Part shown: positions 41,320 to 52,413 of the stretch, piece by piece
How positions within the stretch are numbered: position 1 is the first letter of the stretch
Layout: every line of letters starts with the position of its first letter
Source of the DNA: Malacoraja senta
Taxonomy: Eukaryota
Direction of reading: 5' to 3'
Length of the DNA stretch: 64,000 bases
Assembly: GCA_038087875.1 (NCBI GenBank)
Contig: CM075978.1
Coordinates: forward strand, 103,726,001 to 103,790,000
Translations under genes and position numbers: made by a program
Notes under the pieces: generated by a model
What the model was told of the DNA's origin: nothing
The model's input: the letters and a program-made list of their open reading frames with translations, nothing else
The model's database searches: none

Positions 41320-41660
41320 AACCATATAACCATATAACCATTACAGCATGGAAACAGGCCATCTCGGCCCTTCAAGTCCATGCCGAACATTTTTTTAAAT
41401 ATTATTTTTTAATTTTTTTTATTATTTTTTATTTTTTTAATAAATACTTCCCCCTAGTCCCATCTACCTGCACTCAGACCATAACCCTCCATTCCTTTCC
41501 CATCCATATACCCATCCAATCTATTTTTAAAGGATAAAATCGAACCAGCCTCCACCACTTCCACTGGAAGCTCATTCCACACAGCTACCACTCTCTGAGT
41601 AAAGAAGTTCCCCCTAATGTTACCCTTAAACTTCTGTCCCTTAATTCTCATGTCCCCTTA
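41320..41660 (-). mobile_element. CR1 3' fragment with (ACCATATA)n tail and an AT-rich interruption
   Basis: ORF 41454-41651 FFTQRVVAVWNELPVEVVEAGS. Confidence 0.85.
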
Positions 41661-41898
41661 TGTCGTGCAAATTTAAAATGTTACATTTAGCGTTCATTCT
41701 TGGGACATTTTGCCATAAAGATGCATCTGCATTCATTATTGTAAATAGAACAGATGGCTAAACACTACCTCATGAATCAAATGTGTACAAGCACTTTTAC
41801 AATTAATAAATGTTAACCCAACAAGGATGCGGGATGAAAGGGAAAGGCTGAAATATTTGCTGTACTCTCACAGATGCTCTCTTTGGGTTGTTCAGGAT

Positions 41899-42204
41899 AA
41901 CATAGAAACATAGAAACATAGAAATTAGGTGCAGGAGTAGGCCATTCGGCCCTTCGAGCCTGCACCGCCATTCAATATGATCATGGCTGATCATCCAACT
42001 CAGTATCCCGTACCTGCCTTCTCTCCATACCCTCTGATCCCTTTAGCCACAAGGGCCACATCTAGCTCCCTCTTAAATATAGCCAATGAACTGGCCTCGA
42101 CTACCCTCTGTGGCAGAGAGTTCCAGAGATTCACCACTCTCTGTGTGAAAAAAGTTCTTCTCATCTCGGTTTTAAAGGATTTCCCCCTTATCCTTAAGCT
42201 GTGA
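41899..42204 (-). mobile_element. Young CR1 3' end, near-identical to 60165-60460
   Basis: (ACATAGAA)n tail; FFTQRVVNLWNSLPQRVVEASSLAIFK. Confidence 0.92.
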
Positions 42205-45200
42205 AGGATAACAGCACCAGAGAGTATCAGCACTGTCTAAAGTTCCCTTCTGGGATGTTAAAGTTTGTTACCATATCATTCTGACTGTCTGTCTATCTCC
42301 CTCTGTTCACTTCTTCCACTCACATTTATAAAAACTTTTAATTTGGAGATCATGGATATCACCAGGATATCAACATTTAATTGCCCATTCTCTTTGCTAT
42401 TAAGCCACCTTCTTGAACCATTGCAAACCTTCTGGGGATGTACTCCCATGGGTTTTGTTGGGGAGGCATTTCAAGAATTTAGACCCAGTGATAATAAAAG
42501 AATGGTGATATATTTCCAAGCCACATGGTGTAGGACTTGGAAGAGAATCTTTGGGTGTTCCTCCTGCATCTGCTGCCTTTGTCCATCTTGGTGGTCAAGA
42601 TCCAATCTAGCTCAACAGATTGACCAGAAGATAACAATGCTTTGGGTTTAATTTACATAGACAAACCTAGCTTCTATTCCTTCAGATTAGGAGATTGAAA
42701 AAAATCAGTGTGTGATTGCCCAAGATTCAGAATGGATTGCCCTTCTTAGACCAGTTAATGATGTAGAAAGGTGATAGCGATGTTCAAGTTACTGAAAAGT
42801 TTGTATAATTAGGGAAATCATGTTTCCTAGGGTAGAAAAATTAAAGGAAAAAGGTTGAAAACAATTGGCACTGAAACCAAAGGGGAGAAGTGGTGACTTT
42901 ATTTTCCATGCAGCAAGAGGTTATGGCCAGAAATGTACTACCTGATTGGAGGCAGACGCGCTTCCAACTGAGTCACATTCTGCACCATTTTAGCAGAGTA
43001 ATTGTGTCATTGTTTAAATAGTATGATTGTAGTTTGGCAGTACAAGTTCTGAGACTGGCAGAAGATAGAGGAAGAAATATTCTGTATGATTTCCCTCTCA
43101 TATTGGTGCTGTGATTCTTCTACACTGCTAACATGGCATGTGGCAACCTCATTGTCTGAAGCAAGTGGAATCTCGTCTCCAGGATACAGTGACCAAAAAA
43201 ATAAATGCAAATTTCTACTGGGCATGTTAAACTGCTAGCTTTGTGCATTTTCCTCTATTCCAAAGTGTGCATAAAAAGCTCCTGGATAAAATAAATATCT
43301 CTGGTCCTGTCACAACAGTATGGAGTGTGGAGTTACTTTGTACACTCATGCCAAAACTTAGCAGATGAAAGAATGCTCCTGAAAATCATGACAGCTTTTC
43401 AGTATTGTCGATCAGAGTTTGAATGGAAAGTGCCTGGGGGAATACTTGATGCTTAACGAGCTCAGCAAACAAACTATTTAACCAAGAATGTTAAAGTTCC
43501 ATGAGAGTGGGGACTAACCTTCCTACCAAATGGATTTTCTTGTTATTAGTTTTGTTGCTGAGTGGGCATGGTGGGTGATGGACTGGTCACTCGTCTTTGA
43601 GGGTTAACATATTAGATGTGGGATGGGACATGTTCTGAACGTTTGCTTGTTCCACATGGTCACAGATATTGTTTTTAATGTTTTGGCTCCCATCAGGTTT
43701 GCTCACAATCCTGATCTAATTTCCTCTTGGCCCCCCACGATACCACCTAACCACAGCTGCCATTCCCTTCGCTCCCATGGACAGATGCACAGCTGAGAAT
43801 TTCCAAGTTCCTTTCTCCTTTGTTCGTCTCAGAAGCCACGATAATGTTGGTGTTGACTTGCGTCAGAAAAACCAGCCATCCCTGTGGATAGAATGTACTC
43901 ATTCACACGTGGGTGAGCACTAAGGTCAAGACTCCACATATAGTGATATTCAAGACTTTTTGATTTTGCTTCCCCTCCTCTGTTTCTCTCATCTTCTGCT
44001 GGCAGATGTTGACCCTAGGGAGGAAGCTCCATGGGATTCTTCTTCCTATCTTGCAATCCATGTAGCAGAGCATAAAATTGAAGGAGGGATTAAATTGGAC
44101 CTCACGCTTCATTGTCCTCCAGCATCCTGTCACATCCCCTGAATATTGGCAACAATGTGATTAAATCAGAAATTGTGTCAGAGTCAATAGCAGGACCATC
44201 ACTGGTGGGCCAGGTTCAGTGTCCAGTTGACATCCACTCCAGCAAGCTCTAATCCTAGACTCCTGGGATTGTTCTTCACCAAGGCCATTCAATTATAGCC
44301 CTGAACATCCTTATGCCACTGGCTGGGATCAGTTGAAGATACATCGGCCAGAAATTAAAATGTTGGATCTACCTTATATTTGTAGATTATTCCAATATGA
44401 AAAATTGGACTCCAATCAAATCATAACAATCTGTTAACAAAACAATTTCTTCCCCTGTCCCTTTTAATTTTGTTCCCAGTTATGCTAAATCTCCCATGGT
44501 AACCTATCAGGGAATAACATTTCTCCTTCTTGAATCCATTAAAAACATTCATCATTTTGAACATGTCAGGGAACAATGTCAATTGGGAGTAATCACAGGG
44601 AGATCACCTTCCAATCTCCGACCTAAAGCAATACAAGCCAAACTTCATCATCTATCCACATAAATGATGTTTATCCATGGAACCTGTAGTTTCTCCAAGG
44701 TCTTGAAATCCTTCCAGCTGAGCCCTAGCAAGTGATTTATGAGATTTAGAATATCAACTATAACATTTTATTTGCTGAAGTACTTAAACTTTTTATTTAA
44801 TAAATTATCGGTTCCACCTCAATAACTGAGGACCTAAATATTCTTGTGCACTTGTGGTGTGTAGGTGGGTGGTAAAATCACAGGAGGGAGATGCGGGGAA
44901 TATAAGCAGAATTTTAAAAAAGAGACTACACTAAAACTGGTGTTAATAAGTGCTTGATGGTCAGTATGGGCTTTTCCTGTGTCATTTGACTCTGACTGTA
45001 AATAGTTCTTTGGTTTCTAGGTTAAATCAATTTTCAACTGAAATATGACTTGGCTGCCTCTTATGTCAAATAAACCAAAAATCAGCCAGTAGTTCATTTT
45101 TGAGAACATTCCTGGAACATTATTTTCAAAACAGCTTACCTCCTATCCTAGCTCAGGCATTAGATTGGCGCGGACAAAAATGCATTTTAAAAATTAACAT

Positions 45201-47201
45201 TGATTCGTGTGGATCAGAATTGATATAAAGCATTGCACAAAAGTGCACTGCTCATCAACTTCAGCCAGGATAACAGGGTGACTAATAGCAGAGTGAGAAC
45301 TCTTCAAAAGTCAAGGCTAGATTGCTGCATTGTGGGAATTCAGGCACAGGTCAGAGAGAATCATAACAGGCTCTTCAGCCCACTGAGTCTGCAACAACCA
45401 TTTATGCCAATCCTGCACTCATCACTAATTCCTTTCCCTTCCAACATTCCCATCAACCATGTTTGAAAGGCGACAGGAGGGGCACTTAAATTCAGAATCA
45501 GGGTACAATAAAATTCCTAGTTCACATGAATTTCATGGGGTAAACAATAAATACAATAAGTACAACAATCAGTACAATGACATATGCAAAATAGCAGAAT
45601 AACGTAGAGATTGAAGTGTAATCTGAAATAATGCAATACAAAATAAAGTGCAATAACAGAATAATCTGGGAATAGGAAAGGTGTGGAAAGATAGGGGGCT
45701 AATGTAGATAAATGGAATTGGTGTAGATAAGCACCACATTGATGAATTGAGTCAAAGGGCCCATTTCTGTGTTGTACAACTCTAGATTCTATGGCTCCAT
45801 AATACCCCTTTGATGTTACTATTCACCTGTGCACTAACGGCACTTTACAATGGTCAATTACCAACCAATCCTCACATCTTTGGGCTGTGGGAGGAAACCA
45901 CAAAACCTGTAGGAAGCCCATCCAGTCACAAATTGAACATAAATACTCCACACAGAGAGCACCAGAGGTAAAGGTGACTGGAGCTGTGAGGCAGCAGCTC
46001 TAGTAGCTGCACCACTGTGTCACCCTGAGCATTCATTCTTAAAATATTGATGGTTTCTATCTGAACATTATCTTAAATTGGCTCCTACATTTGGGCTTAC
46101 CACAATTATCCAAATATCTGTGCACATTATTCATTGCCAACAAGTAACACACATGGTTGATGAAGAGGTGATTTATTTTTGTACCACAAGCATGTGGTGG
46201 AGTACTTTGAGTATATGAGAGACGGAAATTACAAACATGTTTCTTTCGTCAGCTATGACGCAGCAATGAAAAGAATTGCAGCTCACAAAGCCTGCTAATG
46301 AAATAATTTAATTAAGAATGTCACAGGAGGGGAAGTAAGAGATGAGCAAGTCCCCTCAATATATCTTCAAATGAATTAACAAATTTAATTAATTAATTAA
46401 ATATTGAGAAAGTGTATATTCCCATTTTAACTGGAAGATAGTTTTCTGTTGTTTTATTGCAGTATTTTATCCACTGTTAATTATATGTTGGTTAGAGAGG
46501 GAATTTACAGAACAATAGGAAGAGAACAGGGCTTTGAGATTAGGATTCCTCTGGCAAGGGATGGATCAAATGTCATCATTATTGGCTGTTAAGATTTCAT
46601 GACTTTCTGGTTCATATATCGTTGCACTCAACAGGAGGTTTGTTGTTTGGCCAATTCAACTTTACGATTATCGGAAATTAAGTTTACTGGTTTGCTATTT
46701 CATGCTCCATGCCCTCATCTTCAAGGCAACCCCATTTACCTTTAACACTGTGAAGTAGCATCAGCTAAGAAGATGAACTCAAGAACCTGGAATGGGAGTT
46801 AAACCCACAACACTGTGACTCAGAGATGAGTCTGCTAACAGCTAAGCCAGTCGTGCAGCTGTTTAATTCACAGAAGGGAAAGGCCATGACTTTGTGAGAT
46901 AATGCAAACTGGCAACAGTGTGAGCCGCTAATGTACTGATGAAGCCAGTCGATTGGAAGTGAAGTAAAATAACCCAATTTGCAATTGCTTTCTTATACAA
47001 TGATATGAAGTCAAAAGCAAATTTGTGAACAGCTTTCAGAAAGATCAGGTTAAATAATTAAATGCAGCGGTTATAAGAGTGATTACAGGTATATATTTGG
47101 GTAACACATTGGTATTGAAAGGCTGTAAATACCTATCCTGTCCAGGTGATGATGTGGTGTAATGTACTGATACAGCTTAAATTTTAAATGGGTTCCCTAA
47201 T

Positions 47202-47700
47202 TAGTGTTGCCAACTTTCTCACTCCCAAATATGGGTAAAAATGTAAAATTACGGGACAAATTCCTGACACCAATTCATTGACCGACTTGGCGGTGACTGG
47301 GTGAATGATGAGTTGGCCCGGGTGTGGCACACAAAGCCCAGCCGTCGGGCCAGTTGAGGAGTTTTGCTCCGGGCGCGTGCGAAGTCCGGCAGCCCAATCC
47401 AACACATGAACCAATGATCGGCCTTGAGAAGGAGGGGTGGTGGTGTCAGTGGTAAGCGAAGGTCTGAAGGTCAGACAGCTGGTCGGGCTCTTGACCGACT
47501 GGGCCACGGGCGAGGAGCCGCGCTGCACGACATCGGGTCGGGTTAGGCGGGGTCGGAAGCAGCGCTCAGACCCGACAGTCCCCTCGACCCGAGTCCTTCG
47601 TAGCAATCAAATATGGGACAAGAGCCGTCCCATATGGGACAAACCAATTTAGCCCAAAATATGGGATGTCCCAGCTAATACGGCACAGTTAGCAATCCTA
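47202..47700. mobile_element. Non-autonomous hAT-like DNA element (Blackjack-like)
   Basis: Imperfect TIR TAGTGTTGCCAACT / AGTTAGCAATCCTA; repeated subterminal ATA(T/C)GGGAC motifs at both ends; CpG-rich core; no 8-bp TSD recognisable. Confidence 0.62.
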
Positions 47701-48755
47701 CCTGAGCTTCCAAAACTTACTGATTGAAGCAAAAGTAATGGCACTTGTTACAAACTCAGAGAGGTACTGTATTAAATGGGTGACACTGTGCAGTACGACT
47801 GTTGCCTTATTGTTCCGTCTACCCAGGTTCAATCCAACTTCCAGTCTGTGTGGAGTTTGCACGTTCTCTCCGTGACCACATGGGTTTCCCCAGTTGCACT
47901 GCTTTCCTCTTCGAAAGTCATGCAGTTTTTTGTAGGCTAAAATGCGACTGTAAATTTCCCCCAATGTGTAGGTGTATGGTAGAATCTGGGGGGAGATGAT
48001 GGGAATGCAGGTGGAATAAAATGGGATCAATGTAAATGGATGCTAAATGGTTAGTATGGTCTCATTGGATTTAAGGGATTGTTTCCATGCAATACATCAT
48101 ACTGACTGTGGGAAAGATTAGATTCAAATTCACTGGTGCTGAGCTGGTTTGAGTTTGAGTAATGAGGCTATGTAAATTGGATGGATACCATTTGTGTTAA
48201 TTGGTGCTACCAGAAAGACCCAAAAAGCCCTCCCTGAAACTTAAACAGGTGGGCAGACTCTACTCTAGAATAAATTTTGAATAGGAGCTACAGGACGAAG
48301 ACAGAGCAAAACCCATTCTTGTTACATATTCCAAACTCAATACAACTTGTTTTGACGGAAATTGCTTCAGCCTCTGCACAATAAAAACATTTAAAAAAAT
48401 TATTTTGGCGAAATAATCATGTCAAAACATTACACAATTCACAAAGGCAATTTTCATCAAAATAAGTTCCGCTTCCATTACTCCTTCAGGCATTGCATTC
48501 CAGATCATTGCAGCTTGATGAGTGAAAAAATGTATCATCTCATGTCCCATTCTTGTTGCCAGTCACAAATGTGTGTCCTCTGATTACTGGCCTTCTGTTT
48601 GCAGGGACAAATTCTACTTATTTTATCAAACAAAACTCAAAAGATCGCTCTCATATTAATAGTTTTAAATCCGTTAAATTTCGGGATTTGAATGCTGATG
48701 AAAAGCCTGATAATCTCATTAATTGTCTGAATTATACCAAAGACTTTTGCTGATA

Positions 48756-49029
48756 CAGGTCTCTTCCCTGGGTTATGCCAGAGACCCAAACAGTTTGCAA
48801 GTCAAAAATATTGCCACCAGGCAATATATTTAAATAAAAACATGGGCCAACTGAGGTCACTGTGTCGTTAAACCAGGGCGTATAACTCAACCATTCAGAT
48901 GTTGCTGTGAACCGAGTGCCCACACAGCGCAAGATGCCTGCAAGCACCATGGCAGCTGGCAAATCCATTCCGCCTTGATCAGATGTACGAGCTGTCCATA
49001 AGTCGGGCGTTTGTAACCTGGGGGAGCTG
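48756..49029. mobile_element. Degenerate Tigger/pogo-like MITE
   Basis: TA-flanked imperfect TIRs CAGGT..CCCTGGGTTATG / TGTAACCTGGGGGAGCTG. Confidence 0.45.
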
Positions 49030-49089
49030 TACTATTAAAGTCAAATGGGATCCAGTTCCCACTCTCATGAAAGATTCTCCTGCACATTT

Positions 49090-49290
49090 GAGCAGCACAG
49101 TGGCACAGCTGGTTACTGCCTTCCAGCCTCAGCGACCTGGGGTATATCCAGATCCCCAGTGCTGTTATGTTGCTGTTATGCATGTTTCCCTTATCACTGT
49201 GTGGGTTTTCCCCAGGAGCTCTGGTTTCCTGCCACATCCCAAATTCTGTGGGTTGGTAGTTTAATTGACAACTGTAAATCACTATTGGTG
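49090..49290 (+). mobile_element. HE1/V-SINE-type tRNA-derived SINE (other copies ~17435-17730, 37050-37430, 47780-48110, 53375-53560; - strand 45790-46025)
   Basis: Head gcagcacagtggcacagctggtt..ctgcc and V-domain-like gtgtgggttttccccaggagctctggtttcctgccacatcccaaa. Confidence 0.72.
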
Positions 49291-49772
49291 GGCGTGCTTG
49301 TACATTTGAGAGTAAGATTCTGCACAGTAGCTGTGGTGCAGTATCAGTGGTGTGGGTGTTGGCTTAAAATGATGGATGGTAGTCCATTGTACGAGTTAGT
49401 GTTGGGATTCTTGAGGAGGTAGGATGGGCACTACATGATAACGGAGATTTTGAAATACTTATATTTGTTCAGGTGTAAAGGAAAGTGAGATGGGTTATTG
49501 CGTGGCAGACGTGGAACAGCCTGATAGTGTGCATTAGTTTGAGTTCAATGGAATAACACCTCTCTCCTACTGATTACAAAGTCAACATGAACTGTGTGTT
49601 GTGAGATCAGAAGACTCCAGGGAAAGGAAAACAAAGTCATTTAATAAACAGGGAATAAAACAGATGCATTTGTATTCATTGAGTAAAGTGTAAACTTGTG
49701 AAAAAATTACAATGGCAACATTTGAAACACTATTGCCTGGATGTTTGAGGCATTACACACATTATTTTAGGT

Positions 49773-49909
49773 CTTCTTCTTGCGTATGGCGTGCATAGCC
49801 TAAAGTTGTAGGGCAACTTGTTCTATTTGATCTTATTTGATTGTGCACGCCAGGTTGATTGCATTCGTTGAAACAGGGCGGACCACGTGTAGGTTGCAAT
49901 CTCCCACCC
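49773..49909 (-). mobile_element. ~137-bp non-autonomous retroposon (Ingi/Vingi- or RTE-like short element) with a ribozyme head and (AAG)n tail
   Basis: Direct repeat (C)ATTATTTTAGGT at 49760-49772 and 49909-49921; - strand ends GCCATACGCAAGAAGAAG; no tRNA A/B boxes seen. The clade assignment is inference. Confidence 0.85.
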
Positions 49910-49910
49910 A
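49857..49910 (-). ncRNA. Minimal HDV-like ribozyme motif
   Basis: (U)GGGUGG GA GAUUGCA ACC UACACGU GGU CCGCCCU GU UUCAA CGAA UGCAAUC: P1, P2 (7 bp), P3 (3 bp) and P1.1 (2 bp), L3 U..G and J4/2 CGAA, all in HDV order. G1 is missing in this copy. Confidence 0.82.
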
Positions 49911-50342
49911 TTATTTTAGGTAAAAATTCAACATAAATGCTTTTTCCTGGGTTCAGTCAGGTTAGTGATTATTTTGGATCAATTATCTACCCATTGGGAA
50001 ATCTGGCCAAAGTGCAAAAATGGGAACTATGACATTATTTGGCACAATATCGCAAAGACTGAAGCAGCAGATTAGCAAAAATAGATATAGATTTTAAAAA
50101 ACCCAATATGATACTGATGTTTCATTCACAACCTAACTCATTGCTCAGTTGTAAAGAGAGACCTCATTGTGCCTTTCCTGAATGACTGTGCTGTGAACCT
50201 CTGGGCAAGATGCTGCTGAATAGTTCGGCCTGTAGTTTCCAGAGGCACGGTGTTGTCCACGGCATGCGACTCCAGTATTGGATTGGTGGGGAACTGTCAT
50301 ATAGATGGAAGCTGCCCTCAACCCTCCTCTGTGTTTTACTTA

Positions 50343-50645
50343 AGGGCCTGTCCCACTGTACAAGCTAATTCAAGAGCTCTCCTGAGTTAAAAAAAAAAAA
50401 TCAAACTCGTGGTAAGTACCTAGAATGTACGTAGCGGGTACGTCGGAGCTCGGGACGTCTCTTAGCGGCTCGTAACGCTAACGGCAGGTAAGCTCGTGAA
50501 GTCTCGTGAAGATTTTTCAACATGTTGAAAAATGTCCACGAGAGCCCCGAGTATCTACGAGCGGCTATTACCGTAATTCTCCAAGTTCGAATCAGGGGAA
50601 ACTCGGGAGGACTCTTGAATTAGCTCGTACAGTGGGACAGCCTCT
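50343..50645. mobile_element. PIF/Harbinger-type MITE (303 bp)
   Basis: ~34-bp TIR AGGGCCTGTCCCACTGTACAAGCTAATTCAAGAG with its imperfect reverse complement at the right end; flanks TTA / TCA. Confidence 0.82.
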
Positions 50646-50699
50646 TCAACCTCCAATACTGCTCCTCAGTGCAGAAACAAAGAACCACAGTTGTTGTTT

Positions 50700-50800
50700 A
50701 ATACACAAAAGGACACAAAGTGTCTGAGTATCTCAGCAGGTCAGGCAGCATCTCTGGAGAACATGGATAGGTGATGTTCCGAGTCGAAACCCTTCTTCAG
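50700..50800 (-). mobile_element. Penelope terminal-repeat fragment (related copies at ~1575-1660, 13770-13855, 26140-26232)
   Basis: cagcaggtcaggcagcatctctggagaacatggataggtga...cccttcttcag, shared with 30320-30390. Confidence 0.7.
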
Positions 50801-51069
50801 GACTCACTGCTCATCAGTGACTGCCACTGAGAGAGGCCCTCAATTCTAACTACCAATGGGAACTACATGGGTCTTATTTCATTGCTTGAATTGGTATAAT
50901 ATGCCACTGTGCAAGATTTCTACATATTTCACAAACTTTATTTGAGGGATTCTTTGCTCTATTCACTATGGAGGCAGGCACACGAAAGAGGTTTAGCTTA
51001 AGTTTCTAGGCATAAGATCCCAATGGAAAAACAATTAATCTGACTTTGCACCAATTTTTCTTTGCCCAG

Positions 51070-51339
51070 AACATGGTTCACCTCGCGACCTCGTGACAGA
51101 CAACGTCACGCCGACTACAATCGATGCTTCATGGACACCAGCTCCAGGGAATGTACAGAGTTACCGCATCACCTGGAAGTCACATTTCGGTGATGATAAA
51201 GGAGAAAAGTTGGTCTCTGCATCCACTCCTTACACAACGTTGGATAATCTGCTGCCAGAAACCAGATATCAGATCCTTGTCCACGCTGCTTACAGCAGTG
51301 GTGAAGGAGATCCGCTTGAAGAAGAGGAGATCACTGATG
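51070..51339 (+). CDS. col12a1: FN3 exon matching human exon 14 (EHGSPRDLVTD...YSSGEGDPLEEEEITD)
   Basis: tttttctttgcccAG / GTATGT; 270 nt; aligns by eye to human ERGSPQDLVT...YSSGEGEPL. Confidence 0.94.
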
Positions 51340-51918
51340 GTATGTTAATCCTGCTAGAAGCAAGAATCTCACATTCAATGATATCAAGAGTCCTAACCAG
51401 TGCAGTGTTTGAAAAGTTGAGTCCTGTAAATTTTATATGTTTGCAATTTTTAAACTACATTTAGATAAGAACCATATGTTGAATTGAATGGAAAAAAAAC
51501 ATTCCAGTTCTTTTTATTCTTGCATCAATGACTTTGCCATTCCTCCCATTGTGCTTCTTGTGTTCTGGTCCACTGTATCTAGTGTTGTGCAGGGTGCTGA
51601 CCGCCACTTGTAATTTGCATGTGTTCAAAAGTAGTCTTAATGACTTGATGTTCACATGCGATAGCACAACCAGGTCTTGTCTACATGGATTATAACACAA
51701 ATAATTAAGGTGAGAGGGAAAAGATTTTAAAACGGGCCTGAGGGGCAACATTTTCATACAGAGGAAGGTAGAGATATGGGATGAGCTGACGGAGGAGACT
51801 GTGGACGTAGATGCATTCACAACATCTAAAAGATTCTTTGACAGATACGTGACTAGAAAGGTTTTTGGAAATATTGACCAGTAGCAGTGAAGTGGGAAGA
51901 GCTCAGTCTAGCAACTTA

Positions 51919-52413
51919 AGGGCCTGTCCCACGAGCATGCGACTGCATGCGGCAAGCGCGACCTAACGTGGTCGCGCTAGCCGTGCGGCCTTGCGGGGCC
52001 GGTCCCACTTCGATCGCGGGAGCCGCATGGAGTTGTGCGGAGCTGGTCCCAACATCGCGCGGGGCTCCGAAAAACTGACAGTGTTCAAAAATTCCATGCG
52101 GCAAAGGCCTGCCGGCCCGCTGCCGCATGGAGGCCGCACGCACCGCCTCGACGCCGCATGCACCGCCTCGATGCCGTACGCACCGTCCCGACGCCGTATG
52201 TCACGCGCGAGCTTCCCCCGGACTTCGCTCGAACTTCACGTCAATCACCCGACCTCCGCGCGGCCCCCGCTTCTGGTTTGGTCACGCTCGCCGCAAGCAG
52301 CCGCATGCTGGTGGGACAGGCCCTTTACGGGGATCACTCGGCCTCCGTGCGACCCCCGCTTCCGGTTTGGTCGCGCTTGCCGCATGCAGTCGCATGCTCG
52401 TGGGACAGGCCCT
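51919..52413. mobile_element. PIF/Harbinger-type MITE (495 bp), GC-rich, with duplicated right end
   Basis: Perfect ~45-bp TIR AGGGCCTGTCCCACGAGCATGCGACTGCATGCGGCAAGCGCGACC; TTA TSD at 51916-51918 and 52414-52416; inserted in a CR1 3'UTR. Confidence 0.92.

Noticed and set aside
47184-47652. 140-aa and 71-aa ORFs
   Set aside because: Within a GC-rich non-autonomous element; no domain similarity recognised.
49090-49160. tRNA-like sequence
   Set aside because: Degenerate SINE head continuing into a V-SINE body; no cloverleaf.
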